Assembly (NCBI RefSeq): GCF_009914755.1
Contig: NC_060938.1
Source of the DNA: the human T2T-CHM13v2.0 reference genome, Homo sapiens
Length of the DNA stretch: 64,000 nt
Strand: one strand, 5' to 3'
The notes under the pieces were generated by a model. That model was not told where the DNA came from and did no database searches. It saw only the letters and a program-made list of their open reading frames with translations. A program made the position numbers and the translations under genes. Numbering within the stretch: position 1 is the first letter of the stretch; every line of letters begins with the position of its first letter. Below, piece by piece: positions 13,041 to 31,187 of the stretch.

Positions 13041-13916
13041 ACTAAGTCTCCATTACTTAAATAAAGAGAAGTGTGAAGCAAACAGGGTAAAACATTTTTC
13101 ATTTTCCACTTGGATGGATCTACCTTTTAATGTAATAGGTTACTGTCTTTTTATACACTACAAACATTAGCACACTGTTATAATTTTTATGTTATTTTCA
13201 TTTTTAGCCATTTCCAAAGAAGCTATTTCCCCAAATGACATTAAATATTTTTCTTCTGAAAATGCTTTTCCTTATCTATTCAATTTACATAACTCTCAAA
13301 AGTAAATGAAATAATAATATATAATGTATGAGACTGTGAAAAAGGAAGACCTTTCCAGCACATATATACATTTTGCTCAATTTTTACACATTATAAATAA
13401 GTTGTATTTTACACTGAGGAAAAAAATGTTATGAAGAGAGGACTTAAAAACCCATTATTAATACAGCTCAAATGACTTGAAAATTTCTAAATTCCTCACT
13501 TTCCATAATCTAGTCTATAAAATATAATGACACTGTCTTACAGCTACCATCATTCTTTATGTGCCTATGTGCAGGATTTTAAGAAATTTTAAAGCATCTT
13601 TTTTTATGTAATTTGATTCCCTAAATGATTGAGTCCATGATTACAGCTACTGTTTTGCTGCAAGACTGTATCAAAATCTCGGAAAACATTGCTTTTTTAA
13701 TATACATGAAAGTGCTTACCTGAATATATATTACTTCTATAAGTCCCCCTCCAGACAGAGATCACAATTGGAGAAAGTTTGGGGATGTTACCATACAAGT
13801 ATCTGGAATGCAACTGGGTTTCTTTTAATCTCAAAAAGAAACTTTAAACAACTGCCAATTACAGTATCCTAATTGAGAAATTCACCTGAACATATACACT
13901 TAAAAAATACACTGCA

Positions 13917-14241
<325 letters not shown>

Positions 14242-14299
14242 TTAAGTGGCTATAAGCCATTGGTATCTTCATACTACTAACTTTCTCATTTGTACTATG

Positions 14300-16610
<2,311 letters not shown>

Positions 16611-16789
16611 ACGTGTGTGTGTATATATAATGACATACATATGGGGGTGTATATACACACACACACACATTATATATAAATGTATATTATAAGAACTATA
16701 TATTTTATAACAATACATATATTAGTTTTCAGTATACAACATGTCCATGTTGTATCAGCTAGAAAATTGTCTTTCTCTGTCACAGACTT

Positions 16790-16975
16790 AACAAAGAGGT
16801 GGCTGGGGCTGGGTATGGGGTCATAATACAGCTTCTCTAAGCTTTAACTAAGAAGTAAAAAAAGTTACTTCTGTCCATAGCCTAATGGCCATAGCCAGTT
16901 AGATTACTCTGCCTGACAGCAAGGGGTTGGGAATGTGTATGAGTAGATGGGATATTTGGTTAGTACCTCTGCCAT
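16790..16975 (-). mobile_element. Old MLT1 LTR fragment
   Basis: acttctgtccatagcctaatggcca...gcaaggggttgggaatgt resembles antisense MLT1J/K. Confidence 0.45.
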
Positions 16976-17319
16976 GACACAAAGCAGACATAAGAAGGAA
17001 ATTTAAAAAGGCTTTATTGCTACATGAGGAGAAAGAAATGAGAAACCGTGTGTTTATTATGCTAACATTTGTGTAAAAATAGATTTGAATGTATTGGTAT
17101 GTTTTAATTTGTGTAAAAATAAATGTCATGATACAAACCAGGCAACTACATTTGCTTCCAGCGAAGTAACCTTGGTAACTGAGGGACAGGACTAGAGATG
17201 AAATTTACTTTTAGCTTTATGTCATATTTTATATTTTGAGTTTTGTGCATTTTATAACAGTGAGTAGTATAAAAATGTTGAAACCTGGTATATTTTCATG
17301 AAAGTCCAGAACGGCCATT

Positions 17320-20310
<2,991 letters not shown>

Positions 20311-20329
20311 TTAATATCTCTTTAAAACC

Positions 20330-21265
20330 TGATTGCAGTCCTTTGGAATAAAACCTCCAAAGTAGAATTGCTTGATCATTTAGTCATTCTCTTTTTTATT
20401 TTTTGAGAAAGCTCCATACTGTTTTTTGTAGTGACTGCACCATTTTCATTTCCACCAATATTGTGTCAGGTTTCCAATTTCTCCACATCATCACCAACAC
20501 TTGTCTTTATTTTTTTTTAATAACGGCTATTCTAACAGGTGTGAGATGATACTTCATTCAGGTTTTCATCTGCATTTCTATGGTGATGAGTGATGGTGAT
20601 CATTTTTTCATATAACTATTGTTCATTTGTATATCTTCGTTGGAGAAATGTCTATTTATTTGTTCATTTTTAAATCAAGTTCTTAGTTGTTTTGCTAATG
20701 AGTTGTATGAGTTCCTTATATATTTTGGAGATTAACCCCCTATCAGGTATGCATGTGATTTGCAAAAATTTTCTCCATTTCATAGGTTGTTTTTTCACTC
20801 TATTGATTGTTTTCTTTGTTGTGCAGAAACTTTTTAGTTTGATGTAATCCTATTTGCTTAATTTTATTTTCTCTGTGTTTTTGGTATTAAATCCAAAAAA
20901 ATATAGCCAAAAACAATGTCAAGAAGCTTTTCTCTATGTGTTCTAGGAATTTTACAGTTTCAGATCTTTTAAGTCTTTAATTGATTTTGAGTTTGTTTTT
21001 GTTTATAGTATAAGGACCCATTTTCATTATTTTGCATGTGGATATCCAGTTTCCCCAACATTATTTGTTGAAGAAACTATCATTTCCCCCACTGTGTGTG
21101 TTTAGCACTCTTGTAGATCAGTTTACCATAATATGTGGATTTAGTTCTAGGTTCTCTATTCTTTTCCATTTGTCTACATGTCAGTCTTTTTTTCAAGTAC
21201 CATACTGTTTTGATTACCATAGCTTTGTAATGTATTTTGTTATCAGGAAGTATGATGCTTCCATT
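20330..21265 (-). mobile_element. L1MA/MB antisense fragment nested in an older L1
   Basis: ttctaacaggtgtgagatgat, ggagaaatgtctatt, gtgcagaaactttttagtttgatgtaatcc. Confidence 0.85.
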
Positions 21266-21299
21266 TTAGGTATTAAAAACAACAACAACACCACCACCA

Positions 21300-21510
21300 A
21301 TAAAGAAGTACTCTCACTGTGTTAATAGTCTGAAGTGGTTAATCTTTATGTGATGGCCTGCAGAGGAGTCTTGGGAATATTGTTGTTTGATCTCTATGCC
21401 AGCCACATGGATGTGTTAAGTTTATGAAAAGTCATCCACCTTTACACTTATGATTTGTACATTCTCTTTCGTATATCTTGTTCTTCAATAAAAAGTTCAA
21501 AAAATATTAA
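21300..21510 (+). mobile_element. L1ME-type 3' end
   Basis: tacacttatgatttgtacattct...ttcaataaaaagtt. Confidence 0.7.
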
Positions 21511-23336
21511 AAAGTCTGGCACACAATAATTTTGGAAAAGTATTCTCTGCCTATAACTATTTAGTCATGCAGAAAGACTTGAAGATTCCAAACATAAAAG
21601 GAAACAATAGAAACATTTGGAACTACAGTTCTCTTAGCATAATACAAATTTTCATTTCACAGAGTGAAATTAATTGGAAATTTGTATCTCAGATTAGCCC
21701 ACTGTGTCATTTATGTACTTAGCATCAGGCTTTCTTATTGATTCATAAATCTTTATCTATCTTTTAACTGTTTGCCATCTTTTCATTAGCTGTACCATAC
21801 TGCAGCAAATCCATCCATCAGGGCAACAGATGTGCATACTGTTATGCACTTAAACAATGATCAAAATGTGGGAAGGTAAAGCATAAATAAATAGATAAGG
21901 CTTGTCATATCAGAGCTCTTACATCACAACAATTTTTCAGTGGAAACAGTTCTTAATAATAATTCCATTTTCTAATATATGGGAAAAATTCCATTTACTC
22001 TACCTGCTATGGATATGAATTTACAATCTGACTTTCACATTAAGGTGGTAGTGAACAGATTCTCTGTGATGAACCTCAGTAATTCATTTCTCAGACCAGT
22101 TATACAAACCCTATCAAACTTGACTGAACTAAAAATAACACTTGGTAATCTGTATTCAAACTTATGTGATGTATAGGTTTTTCTAAATCTGATGATCCAC
22201 TTAGGTCAATAATCCTGGCTTTATATTTCACTACTAATAATGCTGAGAAACTAGATGGAAATAGACTTTCAGATCCAATCTGGAGTAAATAGATGTACGG
22301 ATTTTCTGAGTCTCCTTAGGCATTTAAATGCACGTTAAATAAAAAAATCATCATTATATTCTATTCCAATAGTTATTAGTGTATAAATAAGGTTTGCCAT
22401 TAGCCCCTTCATTTTTTAAGAAGAGCTCAGCAAAACAAATTCCTTGAGTTTCCAATTTTCTGTAAAATATTTCTACGTATTTATAATTAAAGAATCATGA
22501 TTCATTTTAGGCTATTGGGAGACTAAATTACTGGAATTTAAAATGCTAATTTCAGCAACTAGAAAACTATACTGACTTTTTCATGTGTTATTTTCAGACA
22601 GAATATGCTGGGCAAAGGTAATGAACCTGTGCCCCCCAAAATTAATAATACATGATAGCCTATGATGAACAGTACCTCATATTTTTCACATTCTAGTCAC
22701 CTTTAGGTTATATCTGAACTGTTTGGCAGTTCCAAAGAGTGTCGTGCTTTCTCCATCTCAGCATTTTGAGCATTCAGATCTTTCTGACCAAACAATATTT
22801 TTTAGCCCATTTCCTCATTGTCTTTTTCTCTCCTGACTCTCCTCTATTTTAATGAAAAGCATTTTTACTTACTACATATTTAAAAACAAAAGAGGATGAG
22901 CATACCTCCTTACAAATCCCTTTTCTTCCAAGGGGTAAATAATACTACCTTGTTTTCCTTTCAAAAGTTTACCATTTACATGATAAATTATCTGACAGCA
23001 TTATCACCTATGATTATCCTAGAGCTAATCATTATATCCTATCAACTGTACACCTGTAATGTATCTGGAATCCACCCTCTTCTTTCCATCTCTACTGCCA
23101 TCATTCCAGAATAGCTACCAGACCACTGAAACAGTTCCTATCTTTACTTTAACCCTTTCCCTCTTATAACCTACTGTGTACACAGTGGGCACAGTAATCT
23201 TAAAGCAAAGCAAATGACTGTCTTTGGTCATTTCCATTGTTCTTCCAGTAAAATCTAAGCTTTATATTATAATACCCATTTCAGCTGGCTTTTGTCTCCA
23301 TCTCTGGCCTCACCCTAGGCAACTGTTTTCTACTGC

Positions 23337-23696
23337 TTTTTTTTAATTTTCATTTTTATATGTTTAGGGGATGAAAGTGCAGTTTTGTTACATGGATATA
23401 TTGTGTAGTGGCAAAGTCTGGGCTTTTAATGTACCCATCACCCAAACAGTGTACATTGTACCCCATAAGTAAATTTTTTTGTCTCACCCACTGCTTCCTC
23501 CCTCCCAGCTTTTGGAGTCCCCAGTATCTATTATTCCCCTCTGTGTGTCCTTGTGTACCCATTGTCTCACTCCCATTTATAAGTAAGAACATGTGGTATT
23601 TGCCTTTCTGAGTTATTTTGCATGGGATAATGGTTTCCAGTTCTATCCATACTGCACAGAAAACATGATTTCATTCTTTTTTACGTCTGAGTAGTA

Positions 23697-23744
<48 letters not shown>

Positions 23745-23880
23745 TCTGCATTTTATCCAATGATCCATTTATGGACACAGGTTGATTCGATGACTTAGCT
23801 ATTGTGACTAGCCATGCAACAAATATAGGAGTGCAGGTTGTTTTTTACGTAATGACTTATTTGCCTTTGGGTAGATACCG
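23337..23880 (-). mobile_element. L1PB 3' end (5' truncated)
   Basis: gcagttttgttacatggatatattgtgtagtgg...gtacccatcacccaaacagtgtacattgtacc. Confidence 0.85.
23701..23742. repeat. (GT)21 microsatellite
   Basis: Seen directly. Confidence 0.95.
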
Positions 23881-24329
23881 GGCAGCTTGCTCTTTTCTGT
23901 GTTGAGTCCCACTACATACTGTTTCCTCTTTCTACAAAGATATTCCCCCAGGTTTCTACATGGCTGCAGCCTCTTTCGTAAGGTTTTTGTTTGTGTTACC
24001 ACCTCACAGGTCTTTACTAAAAAATCTAGAAACATACCCATCTTATTCATCCCAGAACTATATTCCTTCCTTTCATAATTCCTATAATCATTTGGGGAAA
24101 ATGTTATTTTGCTCATTTTCTTTATATCAGTTTCATAGAGCAAGTTGTTCACCAATGCACAATCAACAGTGAGCATAGTGCCAGGAACACAGTGGTCAGT
24201 TAGCAACCTGTAACTAGATTTTGAACATCTAATTTCCACTGGACTCTCTTCTAAGTAATGTAGTATGGTGAGGAGGAAAAGTGTAATCTTTACCCTCAAC
24301 ACACTTGAAATTCAGTACGGTAAAAGTGA

Positions 24330-24730
24330 TATATACTCTGAAGGACTACAGTGGAGTATATACTAAAAAAGACCAGTGAAGGAAGCTTCTGGTTTCCCTT
24401 CTGTGCTCAGGGAAGGCTTCAGTGAGAAAGTGTCTTTCAATGTGGGACCTACGCAATGAGTAAGGGGCATCTGGACAAAGAAAACTCCAAGAAGAAGAAA
24501 GAACATTTCCAAAGCTCATGAACCCCGAAGGGACTCAGCCTATTAAAAACAGAAAGAAGGTGAGTATGACTGTAATATGATGACCAAACAAATAATCCAT
24601 TCATCCTTTCATACAACTTAGTTGACACTTATCAAATACTTACTGTATGCCAGGCACTGGTGTAGACACTTGAGATACTTCAGTGAATATAATGAAGAAA
24701 AATCTCTACCTTTAAACACTTCACAATTTT
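24330..24730 (-). mobile_element. L2 fragments
   Basis: cagggaaggcttcagtgag and caaatacttactgtatgccaggcactg are antisense L2 motifs. Confidence 0.65.
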
Positions 24731-26029
24731 AAAGAAGGAAAAATAAGTTATGGCATTTAATAGCAAAATAACTAGGTATTTAATAATAAATAATTTCCAG
24801 TGGAGATTTGGATACTCAAAAGTTCAAGTTTTTAATTATAACCATTGACTAGTCCTCAGATGTTACCTAATGAGGCAGAGAAAGATGGTAAGCCTAGAAC
24901 ATGGATTTTACTTATTTTATTAGATTATCACCTCATTCTAGAGAAATGAGCAGTTTCTTACATATGAATTATAAATATTTCCTGAATTGTCAAACCTGGT
25001 TTATGTTCGCCAGTATGCTGAACTAACTTCTTTTTACCAGTCTAGTCATCTCGACATGAAAAGAAGTTGAACGTAAACCAGAATGCTGATTTCTGTTTAA
25101 TTTTCCAAGGGTTCAGAAACCAGAGACAATTCCAAGAATGACCTTTAATGCAGAAGCTGAAAAATAGTGGTGCTTCCCAAAGATCAGACACCATACTGGA
25201 ATGTCTTCAAAAGTAGGATTCGAAGAGGAATGTGAGAATGTACCTTCAGTCTGTTCTCTTTATGATATTGGTACTACTTTTGTTACTGTCTATTACTTTT
25301 GCAAAAGACTAATTGAATATAGCTAAACACTCCATTTATTCTATGAAAAAAATAAGACCTTTTTTTTAATTAGTTGTTTCATTGGTGTTAGTTTTGTTTT
25401 GTTTTGCTTTGTTTTGTTTGAGGAAGGGGGGAATTTAGTAGTGGGGCCTAAAACCCTTTAGAACAGAAGTCATGACCCAATGATTACTACATACTTTAGC
25501 CTGCACAATATAAACACAGGCAATGTTTTGTTATTTTTTATTGCAACCATCTATATTTTCTATTTCAGCCAAAGGAAGCAATTATCTCACAGCAAGTAAA
25601 GGGATGTTGTCCTATATCCTTATTCAAAAAATGTCTAAAATAATCTTTTTGATTAAGCCGGATCTGTATTAGAATCAGCATGATAAAAATGTCTACTCAC
25701 CTTTCATAATGTCCTAATTTTACTTTATCTCTTTCTAAAACTCTGTGAATAAGATTGATATTAACATGCTGATTAAACATCTGAAATGTGTGGCCCTGAG
25801 AAAGCATAATATACACTGTCAGTGGCTTCTGAAATTATAATTTGAATTTAGATTTTATTAGTAGAAATACAATCTTTAGAATAAATTATGCAATAATTCT
25901 GCTCTATTGTTCACTATTCAGGTTACCATTGGAGCATTAAGTTCAGTTATGGAGAATACTAAGAGTAGCATTGGTAGAGTGTAGATTATTCACAGGATAT
26001 ATTCGAAATGGTTATAATATATATTAATT

Positions 26030-26310
26030 ATGAAAGTCTAGGCTACAATAATACATAGATCCCAAACTGCAAACATATTTCCACAAAATAGCTTTATTCT
26101 AGCTCTCATAAGAGTTTGAGTTGATTTCAAGGTGGGGATTGAATTTGGTTCCATGCATTCATTAAGAGACGCAGTTTCACAGAGGCTGTGATGTTTTCAG
26201 TATGTGGGATTCATGGTCAATTTTGGCATTTCCTTCTCAGCTAGCCAGAAAGGATAAAACACAGAGGCACAAGCATAAATTTGTATGAGTCTCACAGTAG
26301 AGATAGACTC
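26030..26310 (-). mobile_element. Old MLT1 (J/K-like) fragment
   Basis: ctaggctacaataatacatagatcccaaa...tttattct resembles the antisense MLT1 3' end. Confidence 0.45.
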
Positions 26311-26313
26311 AAG

Positions 26314-26399
26314 ATGCACAAAGGCACTCAGTGTATGGAATAAGGAAGCTTGGAAATTGTGGAATGAATGGAGAACTGACAAAAGCCATACTCTAGAGA

Positions 26400-26439
<40 letters not shown>

Positions 26440-26520
26440 AATAGAAGAGAAAGGAGAGATCACATTACATAATGGAAAGCCAATAAGGAGGTGTCTGTCT
26501 AATTGCACAGGTGGTTTGAT
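26314..26520 (-). repeat. Inverted duplicate of 29254-29455 (L2-derived), with internal (GA)n
   Basis: Manual alignment: about 75/87 and 69/85 identities on either side of the GA tract. Confidence 0.9.
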
Positions 26521-26778
26521 TTCTCTGTTTTGCAGTTGGGAAAGGCTCTATTGCTAATATAGAAGTTGAACCTGATAATAATGAAGTAGAATTTTGCTTG
26601 ATTGAAAAGAGAAGGAGGAAACTATTAACAAAAAGCAACAGATACAAGGCAGAAAACCTGAACGTTAAAATTTTGAAATTTGTTAATTATGGTGGAACCA
26701 AATCATATTGTATTCCTTGGTGGGACCTGCTAAAAGCAGATTTAAAATCAAATACCATGTGATTCTCTAGAGATATCG

Positions 26779-29123
26779 TGATATGGATTGGCTGTGTCTC
26801 CACCTAAATCTCATCTTGAATTGTAGCTCCCATAATTCCCACGTTATGGGAAGGACCCCGTGGGAGATAATTGAATCATGGGATGGTTTCCCCCATCCTG
26901 TTCTCATGGTAGTCTCATGAGATCTGATGGTATTATAAAGAGTTTCCAATGCACAAGCTCTCTGTCTTTGACCGCTGCCATCCGTGTAAGAGGTAACCTG
27001 CTCCTCCTTGCCTTCTGCCATGATTGTGAGGCCTCCCCAAACATGTGGAACTGTAAGTCCATTAAACCTCTTTCTTTTGTAAATTTCCCAGTCTTGGGTA
27101 TGTCTTTATCAGCAGTGTGAAAATGGACTAATACAGCAAATTACTGCTGAAAAGATAACCTGAAAATGTGGAAGCAACTTTGGAAATGGGTAACAGGCAA
27201 AGGTTGGGACAGACTGGAGGTCTCAGAAGAAGATAGAAAAATGTGGGAAAGTTTGGAACTCCCTAGTCTTTTTGAATGACTTTGTCCGAAATGCTGATAA
27301 TGATATGGAGAGTGAAATCCAAGCTGAGGTGAACTCAGATGGGGATGAGGAACTTACGAACTGGAGCAAAGGTGATGTTATGTTTTAGCAAAAGACTGGT
27401 GGCATTTTGTCTCTGCCCTAGAGATTTGTGGAACTTTGGACTTGAGAGAGATTATTTAGGGTATCTGGCAGAAGAAATTTCTAAGCAGCAAAGCATTCAA
27501 GATGTGACTTGTGTGTTGTTAAAGACATTCAGTTTTAAAAGGGAAACAGAGCATAAACGTTTGGAAAATTTGCAGCCTAACAATGTGAGAGAAAAGAAAA
27601 TCCCATTTTTTTGAGGAGGAATTCAAGCCAGCTGCATAAATTTGCATAAGTAATGAGGAGCCAAATATTAATCACCAAGACAATGGGGAAAATATCTCCA
27701 GGGAAAAAGGGCATGTCAGAGATTTTTGAGGCAGCCACTCCCATCACAGGCCCTGAGGCCTAGGAGGATAAAATGGTTTTGTGGGTTGGGCCCAGGGCCT
27801 CCCTATTATGTGCAGCCTGGTGACTTCATTCCCTGTGTCCCAGCCACTCTAGCCATGGCTAAAAGGGGCCAAAGTACAGTTTGGGCTGTGGCTTCAGAGG
27901 GTGCAAGACCCAAGCCTTGGCAGCTTTCACATGGTGTTGAGCCTGTCAGTACACAAAAGTCAAGAATTGGGGTTTGGGAACCTCTGCCTAGTTTTCAGAG
28001 GATGTATGGAAATGCCTGAATGCCCAGGCAGAAGTTTGCTGCAAGGCTGGAGCCCTCATGGGAAACCTCTGCTAGGGCAGTGCAGAAGGGAAATGTGGAG
28101 TCAGAGCCCCACTCAGAGTCCCTATTGGGACACTGCTTAGTGGAACTGTGAAAAGAGGTCCACTGTCCTCCAGACCCCAGAATGTTAGATCCACTGAACT
28201 TGCACTGTGTGCCTGGAAAAGCCACAGACACTCAACACCAGCCTGTGAAGGCAGCCAAGAGGGAGGCTGTACCCTGCAAAGCCACAGGGATGAAGCTGCC
28301 TAAGGCCATGAGAACCCACCTCTTGCATCAGCGTGACCCGGGTGTGGGATATGGCATCAAAGGAGATAATTTTGGAGCTTTAAGATTTGACTGCCCTGCT
28401 GGATTTTGGACTTGCATGGGGCCTGTAGCCACTTTGTTTTGGACAATTTATCCTATTTGAAACAGCTGTACTTACCCAATGCCTGTACCCCCATTGTATC
28501 TAGGAAGTAACTAACTTGCTTCTGATTTTATAGGTGCAAGGGACTTGCTTTGTCTCAGATGAGACTTTGGACTGTGTAAATAACTTGCTTTTGATTTTAC
28601 AGGCTCATAGGTGGAAGGGACTTGTCTTGTCTCAGATGAGACTTTGGAGTGTGGACTTCTGAGTTAATACTGAAATAAGATTTTGAGGGACTTTTGGGAA
28701 GGCATGACTGGTCTTAAAATGTGAGGACATGAGATTTGGGAGGGGCCATGGGTGGAATGATATGGTTTGGCTGTGTCCCTACCCAAATCTCATCTTGAAT
28801 TGCAGCTTCTGTAATTCCCATGTGTTATGGGAGGGACCTAGTAGGAGATACTTGAATCATGGGGTGGTTTCCCTCGTACTGTTCTCATGGTGAATGAATC
28901 TCATGAGATCTGATGGTTTTATAAAGAGGAGTTTCCCCTGCACAAGCTCTCTGTCTTTGGCTGCTGCCATCCATGTAAGACATGACTTGCTCTTCCTTGC
29001 CTTCCACCATGATTGTAAGGTCTCCCAACCATGTGGAACTGTAGGTCCATTAAACCTCTTTGTTTTGTAAATGGCCCAGTCTTGGGTATGTCCTTATCAG
29101 CAGCATGAAAACAGACTAATACA
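26779..29123 (+). mobile_element. Full-length THE1 (A/B-like) MaLR: LTR 26779-27135, internal 27136-28757, LTR 28758-29123
   Basis: Two similar LTRs (tgatatgg...actaataca) flank THE1-int sequence. TSD degraded (tatcg/tacag). Confidence 0.95.
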
Positions 29124-29169
29124 TACAGATTCTCATTTCAACAATGAATTCAACCTACTTAACTTGTGG

Positions 29170-29780
29170 ATTTCTGTCATCAATAAATGACACACTATCC
29201 ATTCAGATGTTAAGGCTAGCAGCCTAAAAATCATGCTTGATTCCTCCCTTTCTATTAAACCTCATGTGCAATTAGGTATATGCCTCCTTACTGGCTTTCC
29301 ATTACATAATGTAGTCTATTCTTTCTCTTCTATCCCAAGTCAATGTCTCTCTTTCTCACTTTCTATCTGTTCTCTAGAGTGTGGATTTTGCCAGTTCTCC
29401 AGTCATTCCTCAATTCCAAGCTTTTTTATTCCATGCGCTAAGTGCCTCTGTGCATTTGCAAATGCTGTTTGCCTGCTTCTCATCTGCTCTCGTCACTTCC
29501 ATGTGGGTCATGGTGCTATACATTTTCACATCATTTCCTCCTTATCATTCTTCCATCTCAGCTTAAATCAGAATAAATATTGTCTTTTTAGAGAGTATCT
29601 CTCTTCACCAATATCTTCTGTCAACGCATCTTGCTATTGATTTTATTCACTAATAATATCCACCCCCTCCTCATTTGTTCTCTATTCCATTAGGATGCTA
29701 CATCCTTGAACATAGGGAATTTCAAGTTTCAGTGTACTGTTACATATTCTGCTACTATACAGTGCCTAAAACACAGATAT
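29170..29780 (+). mobile_element. L2 with internal deletion
   Basis: aaatgacacactatccattcag...tcatgcttgattcctccct and 3' end cagtgcctaaaacacag...aaatacttgtt. Confidence 0.65.
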
Positions 29781-29934
29781 TGTAAAGAAATACTTGTTTA
29801 GGCTGCCTGATGTCTCACCATCACTCCACACATAGATGCAAAAATATTGCTCCATCCAGCTCTTGCTACTTAGAATATATTAATCAGAAGCAGATCTTTC
29901 CACCTCTTAGATGACATCACCTAAAATTCTTATT

Positions 29935-30229
29935 CTCTCTCCTTTTTTTTCTTGAGGTGGAGTCTCACTATGTCACGCTGGCTTGCAGTGACACAATCTT
30001 GGATCATTGCAACCTCCACCTCCTGAATTCAAGCAATTCTCGTGCCTCAGCCTCATGAGTAGCTGGAATTACAGACATGTGCCACCATGTCTGGTTAATT
30101 TTTGTATTTTTAGTAGAGATGGGGTTTTGCCATGTTGACCAGGCTGGTCTTGAACTCCTGGCCCCTAACGTTCAGCCCACCTGGGCCTCCCAAAGTGCTA
30201 GCCAAAGGCGTCAGCCACTGCACCCAGCC
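29935..30229 (-). mobile_element. Alu (Sz/Jb-like)
   Basis: Antisense Alu; TSD taaaattcttatt at 29922 and 30231. Confidence 0.93.
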
Positions 30230-30971
30230 TTAAAATTCTTATTTTCAAAATAAAATATTTTAGTATAAATTAACTAGAATTTAAGTGATCTCTACCAATT
30301 TCTTCCTTAAATAAGGTTTTGACAATGAGCTTATTTAATTTCTAAATGAAAAAGACAAAAAAATAAAAGAATATAGTGAAAGTTAGTGCTTAGAAGTCTT
30401 TGTTTGCCTCTATTCAACTATAAAATGCTTGGTTTATATGAGTATATTATAATATTATATTGTATCACTTCTTTACCAGAGTATGGAACTAAGTTCTCTC
30501 ATTAGAGAGTGAGGACAGCAAATATCCAAATACTGTCTTAATCATATATGTGGTAATACATTAAATTTGTTAATAGAATTGGAATGTATATATTACAAAA
30601 TCCCAACAGGATTTGGAACTAATGCAAAGGAGCACAGAGTTAGTAGATGAACAGTGAATGGCAAACTAAAAATTTCTCCTCTGTTAGGAAAAATGCTACT
30701 CTGCAGGGAGCATTTGATCAAATAAATATGTGCTGAATATAAGTTCAAAAAAATTTAAAACGCATACCAGGGCCATTGAGCTGCTTTTTGCCTCACGTTT
30801 GTGGAAAGAGTGTGTGAGTTGATTCCAGCCTATTTTTGTATAATGTTTGCAGTTAATTTTCTTCTAGAAAACTTGGAATTTTTTTTCTTTCCTGAGGAAA
30901 ATCTATAGGTTGTTAGTGAATTTTCTGGTACTAATGGCCTCAAGTTCCTCTCTGTCGCCTGCCTTATAGAC

Positions 30972-31187
30972 ATGCTGTCTTTCATATATGCAGATGGCAC
31001 AGACAACCCACTATCAGTAGGATATTGAATCAATTAATGACATATAATTGAGGAATAACAGATTGAGGTTAGTGGTGCAGTCTGCAAGTAGAGAACAGAG
31101 TTTTCTCAGTCACAAGTATACTGGCTCATATGAAAATTAAATATGTGACCTTGGCTTTAGTAGCACCAGGATCTAATTGAGTTAGCC
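30972..31187 (-). mobile_element. MamSINE1 (tRNA-Ile-like head), internally deleted
   Basis: Reverse complement: ggctaactcaattagatcctggtgctactaaagccaaggtcac...gagaaaactctgttc...cagactgcaccactaacc...cctactgatagtggg...catatatgaaagacagca, matching recalled MamSINE1. Confidence 0.75.

Larger units (their letters stand above)
22700..24200 (+). mobile_element. L2 relic interrupted by L1PB
   Basis: atccaccctcttctttccatctctactgcca and 3' end gcatagtgccaggaacacagtgg. Confidence 0.6.

Noticed and set aside
23808-24302. Longest ORF in the track (164 aa, minus strand)
   Set aside because: It runs across decayed L2 and L1PB sequence, has a non-ATG start and no recognisable domain.
24411-24559. Plus-strand exon-like segment in L2 (ctcag| ... 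AAG|GTGAGT)
   Set aside because: Closed in all frames and repeat-derived; such site pairs are common by chance.
27339-28460. Cluster of 78-97 aa ORFs
   Set aside because: Fragments of the decayed THE1 internal region; no intact CDS.
31120-31187. tRNA-Ile-like sequence on the minus strand
   Set aside because: Decayed A/B boxes and continuity with a SINE body identify it as the head of MamSINE1, not a tRNA gene.
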